Notes: generated by a model not told the origin, from the letters alone. Positions 1 to 9,290 are shown, numbered from the stretch's first letter. The stretch: DNA of 64,000 nt from an uncultured Verrucomicrobiae bacterium (GCA_963812605.1 CAWEWF010000003.1:32001-96000); one strand, 5' to 3'. Program-made: numbers and translations.

Positions 1-789
1 CGCACGCTCGCGGGGATCAGCGCGACGGGGCAGGAGAAAGTGAAGCACGGTTTCGAGCCGCCCGTGGATGGGTTTCGTCACGTTCCGTTCAACGATCTCG
101 ATGCGGTGGCGAAAGCGGTCGGACCAAAGACCGTGGCGATTCTGCTCGAACCAATCCAGGGTGAAAGCGGGATTCGACCGGCCACGGCGGAGTTCTTGCG
201 CGGGCTGCGCCGGCTCTGCGACGAGCGCAAGCTCTTGCTGATGTTTGACGAAGTGCAGTGTGGACTGGGACGGACGGGAGATTTTTGCGGGTTCCGCTCC
301 ATCGCGTCCGATGTCCAACCCGATGCGATCTCGTGGGCAAAGGGCTTGGGCGGCGGATTTCCCATCGCCGCGGTTTGGATCCGCGGGCCGTACGCGGACG
401 TGCTGGGCCCGGGCACACACGGTACGACGTTTGGCGGCACGCCATTGGCCTGCTCGGTGGCGCTCGCGGTGCTCGACACCCTCGAACGCGACGATTTATT
501 GCGCAATGCGCGCGAGGTCGGCCAGTATTTCATTGGCAAATTGCAGGCATTGGCGGCAAAATGCCCGGTCATTCGCGAAGTGCGGGGGCTGGGCTTGATG
601 ATTGGAATCGACCTGACGCTGGAATCGCGACCGGCGGTGCTGAAACTTGCCGAGCACGGATTGATCGGCATCGCGGCCGGCACGAACATCGTTCGTTTCC
701 TGCCGCCGTTGAATATCACGCGCGCGGAAGTGGATGAAGCGGTTGAGAAGATAAGTCGGGCATTCGGTACGGACGAAAACAAACACTGA
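1..789 (+). CDS. argD: Acetylornithine aminotransferase (class III PLP aminotransferase), 5' end outside window
   Basis: Frame open from base 1 (RTLAGISATGQEKVK); motifs EPIQGESG, DEVQCGLGRTG, AKGLGGG, HGTTFGG; argF follows. Confidence 0.92.
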   Translation, partial: RTLAGISATGQEKVKHGFEPPVDGFRHVPFNDLDAVAKAVGPKTVAILLEPIQGESGIRPATAEFLRGLRRLCDERKLLLMFDEVQCGLGRTGDFCGFRSIASDVQPDAISWAKGLGGGFPIAAVWIRGPYADVLGPGTHGTTFGGTPLACSVALAVLDTLERDDLLRNAREVGQYFIGKLQALAAKCPVIREVRGLGLMIGIDLTLESRPAVLKLAEHGLIGIAAGTNIVRFLPPLNITRAEVDEAVEKISRAFGTDENKH

Positions 790-800
790 GATAATATAAA

Positions 801-1118
801 ATGGATGGCAAGGTCGGCAAATGTTTGGAGACGGTGGATGTCGAGCGGGTGTTGCCCATCGACACGGCGCAGGAAAAACGATTGCGTTTCGCGTGGGAAC
901 AAAAGCCGTCGGAACATTTTTTGATGATGTGGAACCAGTACATGGAGCCCAACAGCATGTTCCTCGAAGATGTCACTGATGAAGATATCACGGTCACGGT
1001 ACGCTGGGCATTGATGAAGGAAACGCCCGAACAAATCGCCGCGCGCATCAATCGCTGGTTGGCGCAGATCGAAGAGGGGAAATACCGGCAAAGCGGGATC
1101 AGCGGACGGCACCTGTAA
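801..1118 (+). CDS. Hypothetical protein (105 aa) between argD and argF
   Basis: ORF fills the argD-argF gap with host-like codon style; no recognisable motif. Confidence 0.6.
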   Translation: MDGKVGKCLETVDVERVLPIDTAQEKRLRFAWEQKPSEHFLMMWNQYMEPNSMFLEDVTDEDITVTVRWALMKETPEQIAARINRWLAQIEEGKYRQSGISGRHL

Positions 1119-1141
1119 CAAGTTCGGCAGCCCGGCGAAAC

Positions 1142-2047
1142 ATGAAACATTTACTGACAGTGGAGCAACTCAGCGGCCGTGAGATTGCGGAGATCTTCAA
1201 GCTGGCGCGGGAATTCAAGAAGGGCCGCGGCAAGGCGAAACAGAAGCAGCCGCTCAAGGGCCAGACCTGGGCGTTGATCTTCAACAAGTCCAGCACGCGC
1301 ACGCGGGTCAGCTTTGAGGTCGGCATTCGCGAATTGGGCGGCTCTTCGCTGTATCTTTCGACCAACGATATCCAGATGGGTCGCGGTGAAACCGTGGCCG
1401 ACACGGCCCGCGTGCTATCGCGCTACATTCACGGCGTCGTCATCCGCACCTACGCGCAGAGCGACGTCGAAGAATTTGCCGAGGCGGGATCGATCCCGGT
1501 CATCAACGCGCTCACGGACGACGAACATCCCTGCCAGATTCTCGCGGACCTTTTCACCGTCGTGGAAAAGGCTGGCGCGTTAGCGGGCAAGAAGGTCGTG
1601 TTCCTCGGGGACGGCGCGTGCAATGTCTGCAATTCGTGGCTCTTCGGCGCGGCAAAGACGGGCATGGAAATCTGGGTGGCGGCGCCCAAACAGTTCCAAC
1701 CGAGCAAAGAGTGGGTGAAGCGTGCCGGCGGCAACATTCACGTCACCGAAGACGTTGGCATGGCCGCCAAGAACGCCGACGTGCTTTATACCGACGTGTG
1801 GGTTTCGATGGGCAAGGAAGCCGAGGCGGCGGACCGTATCAAGATTCTTGCGCCGTACCAGGTGAATGCGGCGGTGCTCAAACAGGCCAGACCCGGCGCG
1901 CTCGTGATGCACTGCCTGCCGGCGTATGTCGGCAAGGAGATCACGGCGGACGTTTTTCAAGCGCACCAGAAGACAATCTTTGACCAGGCGGAGAACCGGC
2001 TGCACGTGCAGAAGGCGATCATTACATTGCTGGCCGGTAAACTGTAG
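1142..2047 (+). CDS. argF: Ornithine carbamoyltransferase
   Basis: SSTRTRVSFE, HPCQ, DVWVSMG, MHCLP, AENRLH motifs. Confidence 0.97.
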   Translation: MKHLLTVEQLSGREIAEIFKLAREFKKGRGKAKQKQPLKGQTWALIFNKSSTRTRVSFEVGIRELGGSSLYLSTNDIQMGRGETVADTARVLSRYIHGVVIRTYAQSDVEEFAEAGSIPVINALTDDEHPCQILADLFTVVEKAGALAGKKVVFLGDGACNVCNSWLFGAAKTGMEIWVAAPKQFQPSKEWVKRAGGNIHVTEDVGMAAKNADVLYTDVWVSMGKEAEAADRIKILAPYQVNAAVLKQARPGALVMHCLPAYVGKEITADVFQAHQKTIFDQAENRLHVQKAIITLLAGKL

Positions 2048-2117
2048 CCGCGAACCTTGTTTGCGGTTTCGCGGGCCGCGAAGACGCTTCGCGGCTACAC
2101 AAAGTACGAATCCATCA

Positions 2118-3011
2118 ATGAACCACACCCGCCTCCAGCGCAGCGTTCGGGCCACGATGGCGGGGCTTACCGTGAACGTGGCGCTGGCCATCGTCAAACT
2201 GCTGGCGGGAATCTTCGGCCGGTCGTACGCCTTGATTGCCGACGCCATCGAATCCATGGCGGATGCGGCCAGTTCGATCATCGTGTGGCGCGCCGTGGTC
2301 ATTGCTGAAAAGCCGGCGGATCGGGACCACCCCTACGGCCATGGCAAAGCCGAGGCGATCGCCACCGCGGCGGCATCGGTGATGCTGCTGGGCGCGGCGC
2401 TGTTCATTTGTTCGCGTTCCGCGAGAGAAATCGCGATACCGCATCGCGCGCCGGCACCCTACACCCTGTTCGTCCTGCTCGCCGTCGTTTTGATCAAGGA
2501 GGGGCTTTTCCGTTTCGTAGGGCGGGTGGGTGAAGAAATCGAAAGCGGCGCGGTGAAGGCGGATGCGTGGCATCACCGCAGCGACGCGATTACTTCCGCC
2601 GCGGCGGCCCTTGGCATCAGCATCTCGCTAGTGGGCGGCGAAGCGTACCGGGCCGCGGACGATTGGGCGGCGATTTTTGCGGCGGTCATCATCGCCTTCA
2701 ATGGCTATCGGTTGTTGCGCCCGGCGCTCGACGAGTTGATGGACGCCGCCCCGAAGGAGGACATTGCCGGTTTGGCCCGCACGATTGCCCTGCAGGTGGA
2801 TGGCGTGCGGGGTGTTGAGAAATGCTTCGCGCGCAAGATGGGTTACGGCTACTGGCTCGACATGCACGTCGAAGTGGACGGCGGGCTGACCGTGGCGGTG
2901 GCGCATGAGTTGTCGCACACCGTGAAGGATGCAATTCGCGCCAAGGTGCCCCGCGTTCTCGACGTGACGATTCATATTGAACCGCACGCGCATCCTGTAG
3001 TATCAGATTGA
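2118..3011 (+). CDS. Cation diffusion facilitator (FieF-like) metal transporter
   Basis: ALIADAIES, DHPYGHGKAE, DAWHHRSD and C-terminal IHIEP motifs; start taken at ATG 2118. Confidence 0.92.
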   Translation: MNHTRLQRSVRATMAGLTVNVALAIVKLLAGIFGRSYALIADAIESMADAASSIIVWRAVVIAEKPADRDHPYGHGKAEAIATAAASVMLLGAALFICSRSAREIAIPHRAPAPYTLFVLLAVVLIKEGLFRFVGRVGEEIESGAVKADAWHHRSDAITSAAAALGISISLVGGEAYRAADDWAAIFAAVIIAFNGYRLLRPALDELMDAAPKEDIAGLARTIALQVDGVRGVEKCFARKMGYGYWLDMHVEVDGGLTVAVAHELSHTVKDAIRAKVPRVLDVTIHIEPHAHPVVSD

Positions 3012-3418
3012 TCGCCGTGAAGTGCGCTCGATTCAATCTGGTTGTTGTCGTGACGTTGCTGGCCGCCTTTTTGCTGGTGCAGGCCGATCTTCCCATTTCC
3101 CAAGCGGTGGCCCTTCGTCCTTCCGCGTCGCGTCCCTGCTGCTGTTCCCTCGAAGCGCAGGAACATGGCGCATGCTGCTGTTGCGCCAAAGCAGCGCAAT
3201 CGAAATCCGGCTGCTCATTGCGGGCCTCTCGCTGTGGCGAAAACCGCGCGAATGACAACACGATCATTGTTGTGAAGTTCCAAGTCGTATTGCCGGTCCG
3301 GCCCGTCGCGCATTTGGACGATATCGCGCCCAAGCGGATACCGCCGACCGCCGCCGCCGCCAGTGCGCGCCCCGCCGAGCCGCCTGTCCCGCCTCCCCGA
3401 CCTCTCATTCCCGCCTAA
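3008..3418 (+). CDS. Cys-rich small protein with hydrophobic N-terminus and Pro-rich C-terminus (DUF2946/leader-like)
   Basis: Hydrophobic N-terminus, CCCS...CCCC...C...C cluster, ends EPPVPPPRPLIPA; lies directly upstream of an outer-membrane barrel gene. Confidence 0.6.
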   Translation: MIAVKCARFNLVVVVTLLAAFLLVQADLPISQAVALRPSASRPCCCSLEAQEHGACCCCAKAAQSKSGCSLRASRCGENRANDNTIIVVKFQVVLPVRPVAHLDDIAPKRIPPTAAAASARPAEPPVPPPRPLIPA

Positions 3419-3528
3419 GCGCAGGAAACCGGACAGGCCTTTGGTCTGTCCCCGGTAAATTCACTAACAAAAAAAGCAAAGATGCAAGAGCCGCTTCGTG
3501 CGGCCCCGGTGACTTTAGGATACTCAAG

Positions 3529-4497
3529 ATGACTAATACAAAAACAAGATTTACAGCATTCGGCCGGCGTTTAGCGCTGGGCCTGGCGGCGCTGTTGATG
3601 GTAGCCTTGGCGCCCAGCATTGGTTGGGCTTGCGCCTGTGGCTGCGGCGTTTTCGACGTGGGGACGGGCTTGATGCTTCCTGACGGCGCGGGTGGGATGG
3701 TCTATGTCGATTACGACTATCAGGATCAGAATCACAACTGGAGCGGGACCTCCTCGGCGCCCAATGCGAATAATACCGACAAGGAAATCCGGACCCACTT
3801 CGTTACGGTCGGTCTCCAGTATATGTTCGACCGCAGTTGGGGGATTCAGGTCGAGGTGCCGTATGACGAGCGATACTTCAAGACGACCGGCGGCGCTTCC
3901 GGCACTGACATCGTCGCGCTGAACTGGGCCAGTCTCGGCGACATCCGAGTCGAAGGCATTTACACGGGGTTTTCACCGGATATGTCGACTGGCCTAAACT
4001 TCGGTTTCAAACTGCCTACGGGCGATTACACGCATAATGATGCGTTTGGGGACATCGATCGCGACACGGAACTCGGGAGCGGCAGCACCGATGTTCTTCT
4101 CGGCGGTTTCCATCGCGGGAATCTGCCGGGCAACAATGGCTTTACTTGGTTTGCGCAGGCGTTGTTGGATCTGCCCGTGGTTACGCGAAATGACTACCGT
4201 CCAGGCATTGAAGTCGATGCGGCTGCCGGGGTCTACTACAAAGGTTGGTTTCTCCGCGCAGTGAAGATCACGCCGGTGGCACAGGTAATCGGCTCCGAAC
4301 GGACCAGTGATGAAGGAGCCAATGCGAATCACCCGAACTCCGGCTACCAGCGGGTTATGCTCTCTCCCGGGATCGAGTTCGACATGCATCCCGTGAGCTT
4401 TTACGCGGATGTCGAAGTGCCCGTGTTCCAGGACTTCCGTGGCAATCAAGTGGTGGCGCCCTGGCTTATTAAGGCGTCCGTGAGCTATCACTTCTAG
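3529..4497 (+). CDS. Outer-membrane beta-barrel protein with N-terminal CACGC motif (putative metal uptake)
   Basis: Signal peptide then CACGCG; alternating beta-strand pattern, LGDIRV, FKLPTG, LGSGSTD; terminal aromatic SYHF. Confidence 0.75.
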   Translation: MTNTKTRFTAFGRRLALGLAALLMVALAPSIGWACACGCGVFDVGTGLMLPDGAGGMVYVDYDYQDQNHNWSGTSSAPNANNTDKEIRTHFVTVGLQYMFDRSWGIQVEVPYDERYFKTTGGASGTDIVALNWASLGDIRVEGIYTGFSPDMSTGLNFGFKLPTGDYTHNDAFGDIDRDTELGSGSTDVLLGGFHRGNLPGNNGFTWFAQALLDLPVVTRNDYRPGIEVDAAAGVYYKGWFLRAVKITPVAQVIGSERTSDEGANANHPNSGYQRVMLSPGIEFDMHPVSFYADVEVPVFQDFRGNQVVAPWLIKASVSYHF

Positions 4498-4564
4498 GCG
4501 CACTGCACTGGCTTAAACGACATGGAGGTTTTGGATCGATCCCTCAAATCTCGCGGTAAGACTT

Positions 4565-5149
4565 TTAAAATGCCCAGAGACAAATTCCCGCCACGGCAAT
4601 CGCCGCGCCAGCCCAGCGTACGACCGGCAGTTTCACGGAGTGCGAGACGTACGCCAGCCCGATACCGCTTGCGTGCAGCAATAGGGTCGCCAGCGCGAAG
4701 CCCGTGCCATACGCGTAGCCAATCGCGTTGGCCGGCATCTCCATGCCGTGGGAGTGACCGTGAAAAAATGCGAACAGACCCACCATCGCCATGCTCGCCG
4801 GCAGCGGAAACCGCGCGGCCACGGCAATCAGAATTCCGAGCACCAACACGGAAACCAAAATCCCCTCTTCCGTAAACGGCACACGCAATCCGGCCATGGC
4901 TAGCGCTCCGCCGAGCATCATCACGCCGACGAAACTCGCCGGGACCAGCCAGCGCGCCCGGCCGCCGAGTTGCCCGGCCCACAAGCCGACGGCCACCATT
5001 GCCAAAATATGATCGAGCCCGTGCAAGGGATGCGCGAAACCGCTGCCAAATCCATGAACGTCATTGGGCAAGATGTGGGCCTGGGCGCCCACACTGGTGA
5101 GCAGGAGCAAAACCGCGGAAATCAGCAGAGATCGCGATAGCGTCTTCAT
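4565..5149 (-). CDS. HupE/UreJ family nickel transporter
   Basis: Signal peptide ending AQA-H; GFAHPLHGLDHILAMVAVGLW and FHGHSHG motifs. Confidence 0.93.
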   Translation of the reverse strand: MKTLSRSLLISAVLLLLTSVGAQAHILPNDVHGFGSGFAHPLHGLDHILAMVAVGLWAGQLGGRARWLVPASFVGVMMLGGALAMAGLRVPFTEEGILVSVLVLGILIAVAARFPLPASMAMVGLFAFFHGHSHGMEMPANAIGYAYGTGFALATLLLHASGIGLAYVSHSVKLPVVRWAGAAIAVAGICLWAF

Positions 5150-5155
5150 CGGACG

Positions 5156-5184
5156 ACTCTATTTGCCACGCGCCGGCGCGTCAA
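5156..5184 (-). promoter_or_regulatory. Sigma70-like promoter for HupE/UreJ gene (probably leaderless)
   Basis: Minus strand TTGACG-N17-TAGAGT, 6 nt upstream of the ATG. Confidence 0.55.
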
Positions 5185-5247
5185 GATTTGCGGCGCGGTC
5201 GTTTTCCTAATTCGAACTAGGATATTTTCCACCTTGGCAGAGCAAAC

Positions 5248-5276
5248 TTGCCTCGGCTGGCGTCGCCCGGCATAAT
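5248..5276 (+). promoter_or_regulatory. Sigma70-like promoter for squalene synthase operon (probably leaderless)
   Basis: TTGCCT-N17-CATAAT, 8 nt upstream of ATG 5285; no Shine-Dalgarno. Confidence 0.55.
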
Positions 5277-5284
5277 CGGCGCGG

Positions 5285-6166
5285 ATGAGTGTTAGCTTGG
5301 AGGAATCGTACGCGCGGTGCCGACGGATTGCGCGACAGACGGGGAAGAATTTTTATTATTCCTTCCTGGTCATGCCGCGCGAGAAGCGGGCGTCGATGTG
5401 CGCTATTTACGCCTTCATGCGCCGCAGTGATGACATCGCCGACAGCACCGCCAATCCCGCGGTGGCGTTGGAAGCGCTGCGCCAGTGGCGCGGCCAGGTG
5501 GACGCGGCGCTGAACGGCAAGGAACCACAGGCAGGGACGCCTGTGCCACCAGAGCTGGCGATCCTGCCCGCGCTGGTGGACACGGTGCGTGTGTACAAGA
5601 TTCCCCAGCGCCATTTTCACGAACTGCTCGATGGCACCGAGATGGACCAAACGACCGTGCGCTACGCAACGTTTGACGATCTGTACAAATACTGCTACCG
5701 GGTCGCATCGGCAGTGGGGCTGGTGGTGTTGCCCATCTTCGGTTTCCGGGACAAGGCCGCGCTGGCGCCGGCGGAAGCGTGCGGGATTGCCTTTCAACTC
5801 ACGAACATCCTCCGTGACGTGAAAGAGGACGCGCAGATGGGGCGGATTTACCTGCCGCTGGAAGATTTGCGGAAGTTCGGTGTTTCCGAGGACGACATCC
5901 TGAACGCCCGCGCCACGCCGCAGTTTTTGGAATTGATGAAGTCCGAAGCCGGCCGCGCGCATGAGTTCTACAAAAAGGCAGAACCGCTGCTTGACATGAT
6001 CGACGCCGACAGCCGGGGAACGCTGGCGGTGATGATGGCGATCTACGGCGGCATTCTGCGGAAGATTGAACAAAGCAATTTCGCCGTGTTCGACGGACGG
6101 ATGCGGTTGAGCGCCGCCGAGAAATTGTGGATTGTCGGCAAACACTGGATGGGACATCGACGATGA
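5285..6166 (+). CDS. hpnD: Phytoene/squalene synthase family protein, HpnD-like
   Basis: KNFYYSF, YAFMRRSDDIAD, YCYRVASAVG, AFQLTNILRDVKED, GRIYLP; hopanoid cluster in the same window. Confidence 0.85.
   Translation: MSVSLEESYARCRRIARQTGKNFYYSFLVMPREKRASMCAIYAFMRRSDDIADSTANPAVALEALRQWRGQVDAALNGKEPQAGTPVPPELAILPALVDTVRVYKIPQRHFHELLDGTEMDQTTVRYATFDDLYKYCYRVASAVGLVVLPIFGFRDKAALAPAEACGIAFQLTNILRDVKEDAQMGRIYLPLEDLRKFGVSEDDILNARATPQFLELMKSEAGRAHEFYKKAEPLLDMIDADSRGTLAVMMAIYGGILRKIEQSNFAVFDGRMRLSAAEKLWIVGKHWMGHRR
5526..5549. repeat. REP-like palindrome inside the hpnD coding sequence
   Basis: CACAGGCAGGGACGCCTGTGCCAC; first 23 nt identical to intergenic copy at 9291-9313. Confidence 0.75.
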
Positions 6167-7005
6167 AAACACTGGCTCTTACGGTAATGGCGACATTGGG
6201 GGTTGGCCTGGCAGCTCGCGCCGAAGGTCCGCGACCGTTCCTGTTTCTCAAGACGGGGGAAAAGTTTGCCACCCAGGAAATCGCGGCGCCGACGGTGTCG
6301 GGATTGACCGCGTACATCGGCGAGAAAGTTGTCGGCGCAACCAACGCGTTTGAGCCGCGGGTGATGAACGATCCCGTGAAGGCGGCGGAATTCAGCGGAA
6401 AAAACAAGCCGGCCCTGGGGATTGTCACTGCCGGGTTTTACCTGACGTACGCGAAGGCGCTGGGGATGGAACCGCTCCTGGAAATCAAGCGCGCGGGTGT
6501 GAAGGAGGAGCGTTATGTCCTCGTTACCAGGAAGGATGCCGCGGACGATTTGGCGAAGCTGGAAGGCAAAACAATTGCGACAACACTGGCCGGCGAACAG
6601 CGGTACGTGGGTGGCGTGATTCTGCAGGGGAAACTCGGCGAGGAGATTCGACTCCGACCGACCATGGACGTGGAAGGTTCGGTGTTCGATCTCGCGGAAG
6701 GTTCCAAGAAAGCGGCAGACGCCGTGCTGGTGGAAACGGGCGCGTGGGAGCTGTTCAAGGACGATCCTGATTCCGGCGGGAAGCTGAAAGTGGTCTACCG
6801 ATCGGAAGAGTTGCCGCATGATCTGGTGGTGCTGTTTGCGCCCAAGAGCGATGCGGTGAACATCGACAAACTGAAGCAGGTTTTGAAAGACATGAACGGC
6901 AACGCGGATGGGCAAAAGGTTTTGCAGAGCATTCGCGTTGAGTCGTTCACCGACATCGATGCGGAGAGGCTTGCGAAGGCGGAGAAACTATTCTATGGCA
7001 AATAG
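6163..7005 (+). CDS. Periplasmic substrate-binding protein, PhnD/phosphonate-binding-like (BstB-like)
   Basis: Signal peptide; PBP2-type patterns RYVLVTRKD, LAKLEGKTIAT, ADAVLV, VVYRSEELP; ATGA overlap with hpnD stop. Confidence 0.7.
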   Translation: MKTLALTVMATLGVGLAARAEGPRPFLFLKTGEKFATQEIAAPTVSGLTAYIGEKVVGATNAFEPRVMNDPVKAAEFSGKNKPALGIVTAGFYLTYAKALGMEPLLEIKRAGVKEERYVLVTRKDAADDLAKLEGKTIATTLAGEQRYVGGVILQGKLGEEIRLRPTMDVEGSVFDLAEGSKKAADAVLVETGAWELFKDDPDSGGKLKVVYRSEELPHDLVVLFAPKSDAVNIDKLKQVLKDMNGNADGQKVLQSIRVESFTDIDAERLAKAEKLFYGK

Positions 7006-7797
7006 GCGCGCGCTGTTGCTCCTAGCGGTCGTGGTCGCGGCGACGTACGGTTGCCGGGCCGTGCGGAATGTCCACGTTGATTCCCAACAGCCGGTGACAC
7101 TCAGCAGCGAAGAAGCGCAGAAGCTGCGCGCGGATGGCCTGGCGTTGTATGGCCAGCAGCCGCGCGGACTGGTTTCAGTGACCGATGCGGCGCGCATGCT
7201 CGAACAGGCGGCGCGGACGCTGCGCGAGGACTACGACGCGCAATGGCAGGCGGCGCAGGCGCTGGCCTTCCTGGCCGAGAACGAGACGCGCCCGGAATTC
7301 CGGCTGGAAGCGGCCCGGCGGGGCGTGGTGCTGGCACGTCAGGCGCGCGCTTTGAAACCGGATGGCGTCGAGGGGCAGTACTGGTATGCGCTGATGGTGG
7401 GCCTGCTGGCCAACGAGGACCGTTCCTACGGGCTGAGCGCGGTTGGAGAGATGGAGACGGCGTTGAAACGGGCGATGGAACTCGACGAGCGTTATGATTT
7501 GGCGGGACCCCGCGCGTGCTGGGCATTTTGCATTTGCGCACGCCGCCTCCGCCCACGAGCATCGGCAGCCCGCGCAAGGCGTTGCGGTTGTTGCAGCACG
7601 CGGTGGAATTATTCCCCGATTACCCGGAGAATTACCTTTATCTGGCGGAAGCCCTGCGCGATAATGGCCGGGCGGACGAGGCGCGAGAAGCTCTCCGCAA
7701 AGTCCTGGAGGCAAAGCCGTGGCCGGATCGACAGTTCGAGAGCCAGGAGTGGAAAACGGCAGCGCTCAAGCTGCGCGATCACTTGGACAAACCCTGA
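6995..7797 (+). CDS. TPR-like lipoprotein, TRAP TatT/BstC-like (one frameshift near 7510)
   Basis: Lipoprotein signal MANRRALLLLAVVVAATYG-C; helical repeats GQYWYALMVG, YDLAGP|LGILHLRTP, YPENYLYLAEAL; two ORF halves join across one indel. Confidence 0.7.
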
Positions 7798-8207
7798 AGA
7801 AGAAGCCCCCGCTCTTCTGGGTGGCGATCTCCTTCCTGGTCGTGGCGGCGGCGGTGGCGGGCACGTACACGGTGACGCACGTTGGCAAACACGCGCAGGC
7901 CCGGCACGATGTGCAGGTGATCGCGATGGCGCTGGATGGCTTCGCCATGGAGAACGGTGATTATCCGAAAGGCACGCGGGGTGAGATTTGCCAGTTGTTG
8001 CGCGGCGAATCCATCAAGGGCCAGAATCCCAGGAAGCTCGACTACGTCTCAGCCCTGCCTGCCGAAATGAATGCCGCCGGAGAATTTCTTGATCCTTGGG
8101 GCGAACCGTATCGGATCTCGGTCGACCCAAGAACGCGCGTCTACTCGTGCGGACCAAATCGCGTTGACGACCAGGGCGATGGCGACGACATCACCAGTTG
8201 GAAGTAG
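7794..8207 (+). CDS. GspG-like pseudopilin domain protein
   Basis: N-terminal TM helix, ALDGFAMENGDYP, DPWGEPY, YSCGPN, GDDITSW typical of the GspG C-terminal domain; start codon uncertain. Confidence 0.75.
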   Translation: MKKKPPLFWVAISFLVVAAAVAGTYTVTHVGKHAQARHDVQVIAMALDGFAMENGDYPKGTRGEICQLLRGESIKGQNPRKLDYVSALPAEMNAAGEFLDPWGEPYRISVDPRTRVYSCGPNRVDDQGDGDDITSWK

Positions 8208-8431
8208 GAGGCGGGTCATACCCATGTCGGCACCACCAGCGATGAGATCTTCTACCCGCATAATGGAGGCGATAAGTGGGAACGGCTGGCCGCCTATCTG
8301 TCGCCAGTGCTTTCGCTGGAGGCAGCGGCGGTGTAGTTGTGGTCAGAAATCAAAGACAATTCATAACTTGCCCCGCAGCGCTTCAAGCCAATTGTTTAAC
8401 GGTGAGACCTTACCCTATTTGATAGTAAGCT

Positions 8432-9124
8432 ATGAAGGTGTTTAATAGGCAGAAGTTTGAGTCGTTTTACGACCGAGATTCGGAAGTGACGTTTTCGGAC
8501 ATCGAATTCCGTCGTTGTTACTTTGAGAGCTGCCGCCTATCAATCACGCGAGAGCCGCGATTACGGTCAACAATTCGCAATATCAACCTGTTAAATTGCG
8601 AACAACACGGCTGCGCTGTTAATGCGGCGATCATTGAGGATGTGTTGGTGGACGGGCTAAAGACGCATGGCCTGCTGCAAACTTGGGCGGCAGTGTTCAA
8701 GCACGTGATTTTGCGAGGCTTCATCAATCGTGTCATGTTCAGCTCTGCTGTTGCTGCGGGACTTGCCACCAAAACCGAACAATTGGCTTTTGATGAGGCC
8801 AACGCGGAATGCTACGCAACCGTAGATTGGGCACTCGATATCTCGGAGGGTGAATTCGAAGAGTGTGAGATCCAAGGAATACCTGCGCGTCTGATCCGAC
8901 GGGATCCAGCCACACAGGTCGTGGTGAAACGGCAAAAAGCCATTCAAGGCCATTGGCGTGAACTGGATTTGTCGAAAACCCATTGGGGAACCTCAATTGC
9001 ATTTCTATTGGAACGAGGCGAGGGTGATACGGTGTTAGTTGCTGGGAAACGAGACAAGAAGTTTCGGCAATTGGTCGATGGGTTAAAGTTGCTGCGAGAT
9101 TCGGGTGTCGCCGAGCCTGATTAG
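8432..9124 (+). CDS. Hypothetical protein (230 aa), lower GC than neighbours
   Basis: Long ORF, N-terminal beta-solenoid-like periodicity (DIEFRRCYFESCRL); no firm family. Confidence 0.65.
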   Translation: MKVFNRQKFESFYDRDSEVTFSDIEFRRCYFESCRLSITREPRLRSTIRNINLLNCEQHGCAVNAAIIEDVLVDGLKTHGLLQTWAAVFKHVILRGFINRVMFSSAVAAGLATKTEQLAFDEANAECYATVDWALDISEGEFEECEIQGIPARLIRRDPATQVVVKRQKAIQGHWRELDLSKTHWGTSIAFLLERGEGDTVLVAGKRDKKFRQLVDGLKLLRDSGVAEPD

Positions 9125-9290
9125 AAGGACAGAACTGGTGACAATGCGTCTTTCTGCATTTCTGATTGCGTTCCTTGACATCAGTGTCAGTTCCTCGCCA
9201 GCTATGATTATCGCACGCCGCGGCTAACGAAGAATGAGCGCAGCGCGTGACTCTGCGTCAGGTCTTGTCATTCAGCACATTGGCTTGAAA

